From Nemertoderma westbladi (Eukaryota; Animalia; Xenacoelomorpha), in NCBI GenBank assembly GCA_032718475.1, contig JAUCBJ010005017.1:1-64000 (forward strand): a DNA stretch of 64,000 bases, read 5' to 3'. Of the stretch, positions 14,029 through 26,600 are shown in pieces. The translations under genes were made by a program, and so were the position numbers. The notes under the pieces were generated by a model that saw only the letters and a program-made list of their open reading frames with translations, was not told where the DNA came from and did no database searches. How positions within the stretch are numbered: the first letter of the stretch is position 1; each line of letters begins with the position of its first letter.

Positions 14029-14213
14029 CTGTAATGACGTATTGTCAGTTCCATATCGCCGTTGAAGGCGTCTCTATATGGTTTTCCATTGTCTATGCAC
14101 TCCAAGCTGGCCAGTAGGGGTCTATCTCTTTCAATTAGATCAGCCAATCTGTTGAGCAGACGTCCGCGGTCAGAAGCGTCCATAGTTCGCCATTCAGAGC
14201 CGAGGGTGAATGC
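14029..14213 (-). CDS. ALDH2: Aldehyde dehydrogenase, coding exon 2
   Basis: [30 protein letters not shown]...[11 protein letters not shown]...HYR; TAG acceptor at 14216-14214 and GTTAGT donor at 14028. Confidence 0.92.
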
Positions 14214-14313
14214 CTAAATGGAGTGGAAATAAAATTAAAATAGCAAGAAAATTTACCCCCTCAGAAAGTAAAACCGCTGGCAACATATTTTATATTTACC
14301 GGTGTTTACTTAC

Positions 14314-14589
14314 CTTTTTAGCGGCAGCCACAGCTTTGTCGATATCAGCTTTATCACCTTCGGCGATATGGCATATTGTCTCCTCAGTGGCCGGGTTAAT
14401 CGTGGCAAATGTTTTCCCGCTAACCGAATCAACCCACTCATTATTTATGAAGATTTGTTTGTGGATAATATCTGGACTCCGGTTTGGTGCGGGGAGGGCT
14501 GCAGCAGCGCTGGCGTATCGAGCCCCATTGCGTCCCGACAAGTTACTAAGTCGGCGGGTTTGGCCTACAAATAACGATAACATTTTCAT
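14314..14589 (-). CDS. ALDH2: Aldehyde dehydrogenase, coding exon 1 with a mitochondrial targeting peptide
   Basis: Arg/Ser/Leu-rich, acid-free N-terminus, then [47 protein letters not shown]; GTAAGT donor at 14313. The start may be the second Met (14583). Confidence 0.9.
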
Positions 14590-14685
14590 TCAGATATTAT
14601 AGTTTGTACTGCAATATGATAGGCCTACCGCTGTACCGGTATTGTGGTATTACAGTATTACTGTATTAGGCTACACCTACACCCT

Positions 14686-15820
14686 GGGTGACAGACGTTT
14701 CGGTCTAAGACGTTTTGGCCTAGGACGTTTCGGCCCAATGAGTTAAATAGAAGATTTGCTTGTCGGACGTTTTGGCCCAAAGATTCACTTTACTCCCTTA
14801 AATAAGTCAAATATAAAGTTTAGTCTACACAATGTAATATGTACAGTAGAAGATTATATGCATATAATTTTAATACTTTTAACTGTTAATTATATGCATA
14901 TAATTTTAATACATTTAACTGTTAATTATAATACACATTAATTATTTTAAATAGGACTAATGTTTAACCTCCAATCGCTATTATACATAGATTATCGCCT
15001 GTCCCATAATATGATATATGGTTATACATTTAGAACCTGACGCATATAAATTGGCATAAGGTTTATTTGCAGAAGCTTCTGTATACTGTTCATCATACTA
15101 ATATATAGTATAAAAACTAAGATTTGCAACATACGATACAGTACTAAATTAATGCGGGATATTGTTTGTCTTACTGGTAATTTTGTGCTATTCTCCCTTC
15201 GCGTTCAAGAGGAAGACGTTCCGACGTTCGAACATATGTGATAAACAAGATATCAGATATCACCTGTTCTAGAATTTCTACCGGTATGCGAAATACCAGT
15301 GCTAGTTTACAGTCCTCCAATCGTTAATATTGTCTTTATTGTTATAAAATTAAATCAATTACTTTATTAAGTTATTCTACTTTTTTTAAATATATGTCAT
15401 CCTCATCATCACTTCTTACAAAGCAAATATAAACCAAACATAATTTTAAGAATAAGTTGTTCAATATATTTGTTTTGAAGTTTTTACGTTACTAGAACAA
15501 TTGTTACATAGTAGGAACTCTGATCAACCTATTCTAAAGTAGTCAAGATAGACATATTGTTTATTTAATTTTGTAATAAAGGTAAATTAAATAGCCTTTT
15601 CATAAAAGATATTTCATTAAGACTTAACAACACTTAGTGTTGTTTGTATGTTATTGTGAAATAAGTCTAATTATAATGAATAATTATTATCATATAACAG
15701 TATAATAAAACAACTTGGCCTTTTCGTTCAGTTGCAGTCATGGGCCGAAACGTCTGGACCGAATCGTCCGGGCCGAAACGTCCTGGACCGAAACGTCCTA
15801 GGCCGAAACGTCTGTATACC
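14686..15820. mobile_element. Mutator-like non-autonomous element just upstream of the ALDH start codon
   Basis: 9-bp TSD CTACACCCT (14677-14685, 15821-15829); GG-start imperfect TIRs with tandem GACGTTTCGGCC subterminal repeats in inverted orientation at each end. Confidence 0.8.
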
Positions 15821-17812
15821 CTACACCCTACAACAGTACAACAGTTGTTGAGAGCAGCAGTGAACACTGAACAGGCAGAAAGGTGCTGAGCTGTACGTAC
15901 AGTACATACACGTACGTTCACGTACACATACAGATGTACGTGTACGTTCACGTACACATACAGATGTACAGTCAGACAATCAGATGACGGCGCTTTGCTG
16001 CTGCTGGCTGCTCTACCAAGGCCATCTAAATAAGTTGTAAAATATATAAATAAGTTATTTAGATGGTGTTGCTGTGTTGTGCTCTTCAGTCACACTTTTG
16101 TACGGTGATTTTGGGCCATTTCGTTCTTTTTACAGTTTTACAGAGGTTCACTGTTCACAACAGCACAATAGTTTTGAATCCATTCTTCAAAAAATATTAA
16201 AAGGAAACAATTATTAGTTTATTAGTATTAGTATTATTAGGCCTATTAGTTTTTGCTTTTCTAAGTTAAGAAATGTGGAAAGGTAAAAGTTTATCTTAGT
16301 TTTTGCATTCGTGTTTTTTTTTAGAAATATGCTTGAAAAGGAAATAATTCTTTACTACTCTAAATAATTATTAATCACTATTCTCGCGAAAGGGTGAAAA
16401 AAGTTAAACTTTTTTACCATGTAATAAAGGACTAGGCCTACCTATTATTTGATAAAAAAAAAGTAAGCGGAAAACACCGCCTTTTTTCACTCATTATCAA
16501 TTTAGCGAAATTCAACTATTCTGTCAGAGTGGTTGAGTTTTACAAGAGTTGGCAGATTTTTAGCACGAGCGAAGCAGTGTGGGGCGAGCCACGAAGTGAG
16601 TGAGCCTTAGCGTAGTGGTACCATTAATCAACCTGTCGTTCTGTCGCGTTTTTTTTTCAGTATTTTATTTTAAACGTTAATAACTCGGCCAATCCTTGAT
16701 GAAATCTATCCAAACTTGGTACACATGTTGTTTGGCAAAAGTTTGAAAATTTTCCAAGTAGAATTTGCCTTCATGCAGCATCAGTGTAACTGTTATTGCA
16801 GTTATAATAAATTTATTTATCCAAATTTAAAATGCGTTAAATTATTATTACTGTAGGATAAATCAGCTGGGTTTCTGACAAATTTTGCAATTCTGCATGT
16901 ACCATGTGTACCGGTACTGTCAGGCTGTACTCAATCCCTGAATCGAGAATCCTGCAATCAGTCAATACTGCAATACTGGTCAGCCGGTACCATACACTGC
17001 AGACATGCCATATCATGTAATCTAATTAAACATGGCCCCGGAAGCCTTTCGGTGATTATAGTTTAGGCCTAATTAGCCCAGTACCGGCACCGGCAATAAT
17101 AATATAATAGTTTAGATAGTTACCACTAATCATTCAGTCATTGGCACGGTACACCGTGCAGCTGTACTGCCGTTGTAGTGCGCACCGTAGGTACCACCCA
17201 TGGCCTACTACACACAGGCCATGACAAGGACTTTGCTGCGAAATTAGCGTAGGCTGACTGTGCTGATTATGGTACTGTCAGACTGTGGTACCTAAGCTAT
17301 ATACTGTTAGGTATATTGCTGTATTGGGGTGGGGTTAGGAATAATCCATTTGTTTTAGCATTGAACTTTTGAATCCCCTTATTTATTATAAAACCATTGG
17401 AAATATTCGCAAATGCCGCTCCATTACTGTCTGAAACGCTCCCGACAGTCCGATGTACCGGTATCTAGACCCGAGCAGCCGAGTTGCTTCAAGAGGTGAT
17501 TAACGGGGGAATACTACGGAATTGCTTGTTTGTCAGTACGATTCTATTTGGGTATTTACTACACTCAGACACTGGGAATACGGCGGTTGGTGGTTGGTCA
17601 GATCGTAATGCGGGCCACTGCCAAGTTCCTCATGCCTCACTCCGGTCACCCACCTGCCCACCTTGGAGTGCGGTGGGAAGAGTCCCACTTACTGACTTAC
17701 GTCGATGACTGGACGAATCGACGAGGATTGTGATCTGGGTTTAGCGGTGGCCCGGATCCTGGGATCGCCTGGGGGAAATAGTTGAACGTTGGGCAGACGT
17801 TATCGCACTGGA

Positions 17813-18985
17813 TGTTCGCGCTTTCAGACCTTTAGCAGTTTAACCTGCCAAATTTAAGTGTCTTCTAGTTTATAAATCGACTTTAGCCTATGACGAGTAT
17901 TTGATACACTACATTAGCCGAAGCCAGCCTATGCGCGACCATTCACCCGCTGGATATACCCGGGAGACTGGATTCGGAAGCTCTGACCTTATTGCGGTGT
18001 AGGCCTACTGTATTATTCGATTGATCGTTAATATATAATCTCTGACAAATATTATTCACTTTCGGGAAATATTAACAGTTCCTTTAGGATGTGGCGCTCT
18101 AAGTATATAAACAGAGTTATGACTTACACTAAGCACAACAGGATGGCTATTGATTCACGTATAAAGTGCATTCTTTAGGAGATGCTATGTTATCTGTCAC
18201 AATCATGCAAACTACCGCACAATGCTGCACACCGATCTGCCGACCTTCATTAATTTTAGTCACATATAAAGAGAACAGCAACCGACACATGTAGTGCCTA
18301 TGAAATAGCATTAGATTCACTCCAAAACCAATATAATGTAAGTCGCAATTGCTATATGTAACCTGTCTCTTACCTTCAGTATATCAAGAAGATTGGGGTT
18401 TTATGATTATTTATCGATATTATCCAAATATAATAATATTCCATCAACTTATATAATTAATAATCGACAGTAAATAGCAGTAAAATAATGCGGTGTTTGT
18501 ATGTGACAATATGATTTGATAGGTTTGATATGATATGATATGCGATAACAGTTATACGTTTCATTATACATTTTAACATTTGGCTAAAGCCTGAAACACA
18601 GAAATATTCCACAGCCGGTCTTCTGGCATCAGGAAAAAGGTAAACATAAACCGTAATGCATTGCGCGATTTCCCGGAGGTTTCTGTACAAAGAACATGAG
18701 AATCGCTCTGATTGGTTGACCGAACAAAGAAACAAAGGAAAAGTTACCCGTGTACATATCAGCTGTTAGATGTCGTCATAGTAACTACACTGTATCAAGA
18801 GGATTTTGGCTTATTGCGACATAAAATCGCTAGTTATGTCCGCTAAAGTACTCATACAGAAGAAATGGCTTTTTATGTCCACTAAAACACCGGTACAGTA
18901 AGGAAACGGCTTTTTATGTCCGTTAAAACACCTACAGAGTACTTTGCGGGGAAAATAACCAGCTAATTCCGCAAAAGCCTTTACA
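17813..18985 (-). repeat. 3' LTR of the BEL element
   Basis: Direct repeat of 33783-34960 with about 13 substitutions and one short replaced block, counted by eye. Preceded on the minus strand by the purine tract GGGAGCGG (18986-18993). Confidence 0.95.
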
Positions 18986-19390
18986 CCGCTCCCAGAAAAT
19001 GGGATTTAATTCTATAAAATAAAAAAAATCACAGTTTCTAAAATATGAAAATACTCTAAACAGTTAGTCTTTCTTACGCGGACGGCGTTTACGCAGTTTT
19101 TTGAGGCTAGCAAGAGTCCTTTTCTCTTTGGGGCGAGCCACTTTACTAGGAGGGCTATAACTCCTGGGTGAAGGGTGCAATACAATTGCATCAGAAGGTT
19201 TAGGATTACGGTCGGTGTATCCGCCGGTCGAGGTACCTGGTTGATCGATATCAACTTCAGTGGAGTGAGGTCTAACGGCTTTTAGGGCGCGTCTTAGGAC
19301 AGCAGCTCCTACTGGTCCCTGACGAGTCGTCTGGACAATAGCGTTAGGTGGACCGTGAGTGGTGAGAAACTTCCTCGGTTTAATGGTTCT

Positions 19391-20074
19391 TTACAGCTCG
19401 CGTTCTCGGGCTCGATATTCGTAGGGCCGTCGATGTACTTCCTGTAACTCAGGGTGCGAGTTGATAAATAAATCGCCATACTCAGGGTCTTGACGGATGA
19501 AATTGATCAAATGGTATGAATTAATATCATTAGGATTGACGTTCCTGAGATATTTTCGAACAAATTTGGTGGAAATACACTCACCAACACGCTTCATTAG
19601 TTCGTAACTCGGTGTGCGTGTTTTTTGTTCAACAGACGCGAATAGATAAGGATGGAACGCGTAAACTCCTTCGTAGGCGCGTCCAGGGTAATAGCGATGG
19701 CGTGACTCACAATGTAAATCCGCATTCGCTTCCCAAGCTCGGATGTAGCACAGGGTAATCATCTCATCTACGCTTTCCAGATCGCGGTTAAAAGGGCAAT
19801 TAAAACTGGCATGTCCTTTAAGTTGACAGTGGTGGCATTGAGTCATAAATTGGGGGCAGACTGCGAAAATGTGCGAGTTATTGAGTCTGCAATACGCACA
19901 ATAGATCTCCATCATCGGTTGTTCATGGAAATAGGAGCAGGGTACGTCTGAGTCCATAGGGGTGAAATGATCTCTCGATGTGCATAATCGGCAACGTTTT
20001 CGAGAAACATAGTTGGCATGCCGATAATCGTATTGTGTGATAGCGTAATGAGACATTGTGGACCTTGATACCAT
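19391..20074 (-). CDS. Accessory ORF of the BEL element, 227 aa, three CCHC-like zinc knuckles
   Basis: Open ORF co-oriented with gag-pol. Motifs: CRLC-x4-H-x9-C, CAYC-x5-H-x4-C, CHHC-x4-H-x4-C. Confidence 0.7.
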   Translation of the reverse strand: MVSRSTMSHYAITQYDYRHANYVSRKRCRLCTSRDHFTPMDSDVPCSYFHEQPMMEIYCAYCRLNNSHIFAVCPQFMTQCHHCQLKGHASFNCPFNRDLESVDEMITLCYIRAWEANADLHCESRHRYYPGRAYEGVYAFHPYLFASVEQKTRTPSYELMKRVGECISTKFVRKYLRNVNPNDINSYHLINFIRQDPEYGDLFINSHPELQEVHRRPYEYRAREREL

Positions 20075-20850
20075 TCCAAGACGTAGTCGTTATTGCTGCT
20101 CCGGGGCGCTGTAGGCTGAATCTCCTCAGATTCTAAGCATATTGGTTCGTCTTCCAATTGCATAGCTGAGGTAGGTGCGGCTGTCTCCGCAAGCGAACCC
20201 ACTGTCTGAACTTCCACGACAGAATAACCCGTGGGTATTCGAGGTCTTTGTATAACAGATGAATGTAAGTTCTGTATACAAACGTCCTTGAAAAGGGCGA
20301 ATCCCGCGCTGTCTAACTTCTCCGCAGCTGAGTCTCTTAGGCTGAGTTTGGTCAGAGCGCGGTCCTTGAACTGACTATCAACGTTACGAAACGGAGTCAG
20401 AATGCGCCTGAAACATTCGAAGCGGATGAATTTATTGTGTTCATCTAGCTTGGCGAGTTTGGTTCCAAGTATTAAGGGATGGGCGCGTATGGTACGACTG
20501 CACACATCGGCTAGCCAACCGGCAAGTGCGGCGTTTTCAAAGATCGTGTATATAGCTAAGGAGGGACGAAGTGGAACGCTCATAAAGCTATACACGGCGC
20601 CAGGTGCGGTCAATGGTCCGTCAAAGTATAATCGAGAATAATGATCTCCATATACTTGTTGGTAGTTGATAGGATTTCCAACCTTGAAATTCCATCCGTA
20701 TTCTTGAAAGGGAAGATGTCCGATGGAGGTCCGTTGTACTTTAGTAATGCCGCTGGGTGTATTTGCATACATAGTGCGGAAGAAACCTCGGCCTTCTGCC
20801 CAGGGAGCAATCAGCTGAGTATCGACGAAAGGATATGGAATGTTCTCCAT
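19912..20850 (-). CDS. Accessory ORF of the BEL element, 312 aa, unknown function
   Basis: Long open frame in otherwise AT-rich internal DNA, overlapping the CCHC ORF by 163 nt. No signal peptide or TM helix seen. Confidence 0.6.
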   Translation of the reverse strand: MENIPYPFVDTQLIAPWAEGRGFFRTMYANTPSGITKVQRTSIGHLPFQEYGWNFKVGNPINYQQVYGDHYSRLYFDGPLTAPGAVYSFMSVPLRPSLAIYTIFENAALAGWLADVCSRTIRAHPLILGTKLAKLDEHNKFIRFECFRRILTPFRNVDSQFKDRALTKLSLRDSAAEKLDSAGFALFKDVCIQNLHSSVIQRPRIPTGYSVVEVQTVGSLAETAAPTSAMQLEDEPICLESEEIQPTAPRSSNNDYVLEWYQGPQCLITLSHNTIIGMPTMFLENVADYAHREIISPLWTQTYPAPISMNNR

Positions 20851-23671
20851 GTTCCTGTTGTATGCCTAATATGTTTTCCGCCATTGATGGTAGAGAGCAG
20901 GGGAAAACTTATGTCGCATTCTGAAATATTCAGAAATACGATCTCAGTAGGAGGATTGTATCATTCGATGACTATCTCCAAATGAATTTATCCCCAATTA
21001 TTGAGGGAGATGAACAACCAGATTTATGACACATAATGGTACCAGTTGTTCACAAACTATCCGCGTGTCCTTTCAGTCCTTGTATCACGGTTGTGGACTT
21101 AAGGAAATTATTGATGGTTGATTTTCTAATCAACAACGAGAGGGTGGAAGTTGATATCATAAATATCAACACAATGGTACATGGACAGGAGGTGTAGACA
21201 CTAATATAAGCATTCAGATCAACAGTAAGTGAAGGGGAGGTTTATTAGGAGGCGGTACGATTCATACCACGATAACACTAGGATTGGTCGATCGTCTCCC
21301 AAAGCTCCGAGCGCGTTGTTGGGAAGAGAAGGTGGGATGAAGTATGTTGTATCTTCAATAGCGATGTATAGAGGGATAATGATAGTAAGGAGGAGGAAGG
21401 ATATATGGTAGTATCTGTAAGATACCACGATGGACTTGTTTTCCGTTATGTCACCATTCATTCTTGCTCTTTAATTGTGACACTGATCACAATAATTACA
21501 GGAAGACGATGAAATAAGAGAAAATTACAGCCTCCCGAAGGAGACTGCCCGCGAGCACCCGTGCCCCGGGGAAAATTATTCACATTATGGACCCTGGACA
21601 TTAAAGAACGTCTTTTTTCCAGTGGTTCTCCTCTACTTGTCTTTACAAGCCTTCTTCCACATTCCATCTTTTGAGTCGGTTTCGAATAGAATTCTCGTGT
21701 TCTATTTTCGGTTTATCGTTCCAACTCCGCTGGGTATGATATTTAAATAAAACCATTTCCCTTTCGGTGTCTACATCATCCGTATCGTGTAAATCGATAG
21801 GATGGCCGGTAGTTAAGAAGTCCATATACGTACCATTACGATGCGTTTAGCGAGCGGTGAATTTTCTATAGTCCAATTCACGCGTAAGTTGCTCCTGGGA
21901 CATTGGCAGTTCGATATAACGACCATCGTCCTCCGTAGTAGTTGGACCAGCGTCGCCGCGTATCAAGCTATCAACAAACGCTTGTAAAGGTAGAGTATAT
22001 CACTTCCTGATACCAAGATCATCTTCTATCAACTCAGTCATATCTGCTATATGAGTTTATCAATATTATAATGAGTTTATATATAGGCTAGCGGGCGTCG
22101 CTGCCTACCCCTCTCTGCCCCCGGACAGTGCAAGATCCTCAGCGCTGATGTACCGTCGTCGCTGTGTTTTCGCCAACGTAGTAGATACACAACGATAACG
22201 ATAACCGGCACAAGTCACTCCACTGTCCGTCCCAAAGGCTTAGATTTACTTCAGGTTCTTGCTGTAGAGTTAGGGCTACTTTCACAATTGCGACTCGCTA
22301 CTGTAAACACACTTTAGTAGTAACATTCACCTATAAACGCACAAATTCCACACAACTGTCACAAATTGTACACATTCGGGCCATTTGTCCATCAGTCAGT
22401 GCCTTCCAGAATGCCACGTTATTATTATGTATCCTTGGATACTAGCAGTGTGCTATTTATTCCCTATGCTATTCAATGGGGTAAGCTTTCTATTGTTCTT
22501 TTAACTCACTTATATTCTAGCGTGGTTGTTGCTATGGTGACATTATGGAAAGCTAGCAGTAGAATTAGGGTAATTCTCATGCATACAGATCTGGGATGCT
22601 ATTTAATAGTAATTCTTTAATTGTCAATATCCCCTTTATACATGATTTTATGAATTTTATCGGCTATTGACTATATATTGGAGATTCTCGCACACTAATA
22701 CACTTAATAGGGTGAATCTCCGCTCCCATGATCTATTAATTAATGGAATTTTGGGAATGTTATAAATTGTATAAAAATGACAATTTATCAAATTCATTAA
22801 AATATGAATTTAAATTTATTCCCGTAAATTTTATTATTTAACATTAAATAGACACAATTTTATTCCAGAGCATGTCTGGGGACTGGGATCCTTGATTCTA
22901 GGAAATTTGTCTTTTTAAGAGTATCGGTAAGTGCTACGATATCTTAATTGACCAGAATTTTAAAGGATCTGAATTTGACAGACTTTATAAATATTAATAA
23001 TTAATATTTAAGATGGGCACCGGTTTATTCCAGAACATGTCTGGGGACGTTAACCACTGATTCTAGAATTTTGTCTTTCAAGTATATCGGTGGGTGCCGC
23101 GATATCTTAATCGACTAGAATTACAGATGGTCAAAGGGTTAACAGATTTATTTGCATTGTACGCTACTGTTAAAGGGACATCACGCTACTATATGTATTA
23201 TTTAATATACGGTATGAGAGCAATATCGCAAGAAGCAATGTCAGTGAGAAGACGCAAGTCGTTTCCAAGGTCTACCCAGAGCTTGGTTTAGCCGAGACAC
23301 GAGGATCTGAATTTTGTATTCCTAATACTCTACTTACCAATAATACTTGAATATAGTAGGAGCTTTATTTTACTTTAATAAATACGGATATTTCATCTTA
23401 CTGTAGTCACGCATTTATAATATAATACGGACAGTAAGGAAAGAGAAAAGAATTATTTCTCACCGTCGCACTAAATATATAATATATAAGTAATTAAGTA
23501 AGAAACGCGAATATATATGGCACTAATCTACTAAATAATCGCTAAAATAACCTTCTACTAAATAAAATTACAGAAAACGATTATAATAAAATTACATAAT
23601 AATACATACATAAGTATAAAAATAATGAAACAAACATAAATAATATAGCCACACACCCACTCCAGACGCTG

Positions 23672-26600
23672 TTACGTTGGGGAGTCCCTAGATGTTTGTT
23701 GGATTAGGGAGGTGGTCGTGGGAAGAGTATCTTGACTTCCATAGTTTCCGGACAGTTCTCGGTCTCTTTCCAGTAAACATAAACGACCAACTGGGCGATT
23801 GAGCTGCTGTGTCTCGAAGACAATTCCCGGTTTCTTAAAGTTACGTCACATGACGACGAGTTCTACCGATCGCACCAAACCATCATCCGAGATGTGAGTC
23901 TCGATGATACGACCTGTCTGCCACCGCTTACATGGAAGATCTGAATCCACAATAAGGACCATGTCTCCAGCGCTGACATTTTCTTGCTGCGCAAACCACT
24001 TAGTTCGAAGTTGTAGCGTGGGCAGATAATGTTTTTCGAAATGATCAGCGAAACGACGGGATAACAACTGCATAAGTTGCCAAGTTTGCCTGCAGTATTC
24101 GTCTCCGTCTGTGATTTCCGATCGTGGGAGCATGGCTACAGGTTTCTTCAGTAGGAAGTGCGCGGGTGTTAGCGCTTCCAGGGAATCGGGACTCGATGAG
24201 ACTGGCATAAGCGGTCTCTCATTGAGATAGGCGGCGATTTCCTCCATTAACGTCCGCAAAAGTTCGTCGGTGAGATACGCGCGGCACGGCACTATAAAGT
24301 GAAATGCGGTCTTCACGCTCCTGATTAATCTCTCCCAACTTCCTCCCCACCAAGGGGCGTCGGCGGCGTTGAAGGTCCAGCTAGATGCTGTTACCCTTAG
24401 CTGATCGTCCACCTGTCTTTGATTCCAATCTTTGACGTAAGCCTTGATTTCATTGTTGGCACCAATGAAGTTCGTTCCCTTATCAGATCTCATCGTGTTA
24501 CTAGTTCCAAAGCGAGCGATCTGTCGGCGTAAGCTCAATAGGAAGCTGTTAGTAGATAAATCGTTCACCATATCGAGATGGATAGCTCTACAAGTCATAC
24601 AAACAAAGATGACACACCATCTCTTGACTATAGTCCTAGCACGATATACTTCAATAGGGCCAAATAAATCTACACCGGTATTAGTAAAGGGTGGTTCATA
24701 GAAGCTTACTCGTTCCCTAGGTAATTCTGCCTCTCGCTGTGTTAAAGGCCTACTGAATGCTTTCCTACAGGGTATGCAGTTCCTAAGAACTTGGTTCAGA
24801 GCTCTACGGGGTTTATAAAAATAATAGCGAGTTCGAATTTCGCTAAGAACTCGTTCTCTACCAGCATGATAAAGTTTGCTGTGAACATCTACAATCATCT
24901 TGATTTGTATTTCAAGATTTCTAATGAGTATGGGAAACTTAGTGTCAAAGGATAATGGAGCGTTAGTTAGTCTTCCTCCAACACGTATTAACCCATCTAT
25001 CATTGTGCTAGAGAAACGATCCCTTAAGCGCATCTGTGGATTTCTCAACAACAGGTAATACTTATCGGAATCCTCATAGCATTGCAGGAGTCTCAGCATC
25101 TGCTTATTGGTTTCTTCATGCTCTTGGTAACTGATCTTCTCCTTCAGAAACCTGTCGGATATCTTGTATTTGGGAAGATCTTTAACAACATGAACCTGCA
25201 CAGATGTCAGTGGAGCGGTATCACTATTGGTCTTCGTCCTGGAGTAGTGATAATGAAAACATCGCTTAAAATATATAACGGCCTTACAGAGCCGATTCCA
25301 GGAACTGTAGTGATATATCGCTCTCTGCAGGAGAGGTGAGAGTCCTTGCGAGACGTCTGGTATTCCAGATTTCCAATCCCTCTCTCTGATTTCCACAACA
25401 GACTTATTTGTGGCTGTGGGTTTCGGACCCAAAGCGTCGTCTCCGGAAGTGTGTAGTACAGACAGATCTACCACGGGTTTAAATAACTTCGATTTACTCG
25501 CCCGAGTTTTAGGTTTGACTTTCTCCGCTCCCTTGGCCTGTCTAATCTCCGCCGTAGTAAGATGAGGAGGCCATTCATCCTCTTCTTTGCTTAGGAAGTC
25601 GGGTCCACCTAACCAGTCTGGAGTATCTATCAATTCTTGTGGAGTTGCTCCCCTGGAGGCGATGTCTGCTGGATTAATCGTTCCGGGGCAATGTCTCCAT
25701 TGATCCATCTTCGTGCGACTAAGTATAATGGCTACTCTGTTGGTAACGAAGATGCTGAACTGACAGACTTCATTGGTTATATACTCCAACACGAGCAACG
25801 CATCGGTCCAATAGACAGTTTTCTGCAGTGGATATTCGATCTGTTCTGTTACATTCCGGCCGATGGCTGTAGCGTATAGAGCCGCTTTTAACTCCGCTCG
25901 AGGAACTTTCAACTTGTTGTTTATCAATGCCTTAGAGGTAACCAAGGCGACTTTGATTCCATCCGGGGTTTCAACTCTCAGGTAGGCTACTATACCTATT
26001 CCCATATCGCTGGCGTCTCCAAACACATGGGGTTGATAGGAATACGTAGGGAGAACATGACAAAAACATGAACGGGAAATTATAAAGTTCTCGATGGCTG
26101 GTAGAGATTCTTCCCATTTCATCCACTTCTTTAATAGTTCTCCCTTAAGTGGATCGTCCCATGAGTGGTTTTCAAGCCACATTTGTTGTACTAAACTCCG
26201 AGCAATCAATATAACTGGGCTAATAAATCCCAATGGATCGAAATAAGTGCTAAGGTTACTTAAACAAATCCGTTTTGTCCGAACTGGATTATCTCGCTGT
26301 TTGAGCTGGAAAAACAGGATATCTGTCTCTGTGTCCCATTTCAAACCAAGTGTTTTGGTTTCTGGAAGATCGTCTTTGATTAGGTCTAGATCTTTCGCTC
26401 CTCGATCTTCTACCGGGATCGATTCCAGAAACTCATGGGAGTTGCTGGTGAATTTAGTTAATCGAAATCCACCTCTTTTTAAGCACTCTACCGTTCCTTT
26501 GGCGACATCAATGGATTCTTCCACCGATGGAAGGGACTTTAAATTGTCGTCCATGTATATATCCCGTTTGATGTTGTCGATCACCTCTTTAGAGAAGGCA

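Noticed and set aside
17690-17715. YVDD as a reverse transcriptase motif
   Set aside because: Followed by polar residues and a stop, with no other RT motifs nearby.
19318-19345. Hammerhead-like CTGACGA-GTC..GAC in the BEL 3' region
   Set aside because: The stem is followed by AATA rather than GAAA, and there is no stem I/III pairing.
21219-21461. Hydrophobic ORF as an env transmembrane segment
   Set aside because: Only 80 aa, with no ectodomain or cysteine pattern; compatible with chance in pyrimidine-rich DNA.
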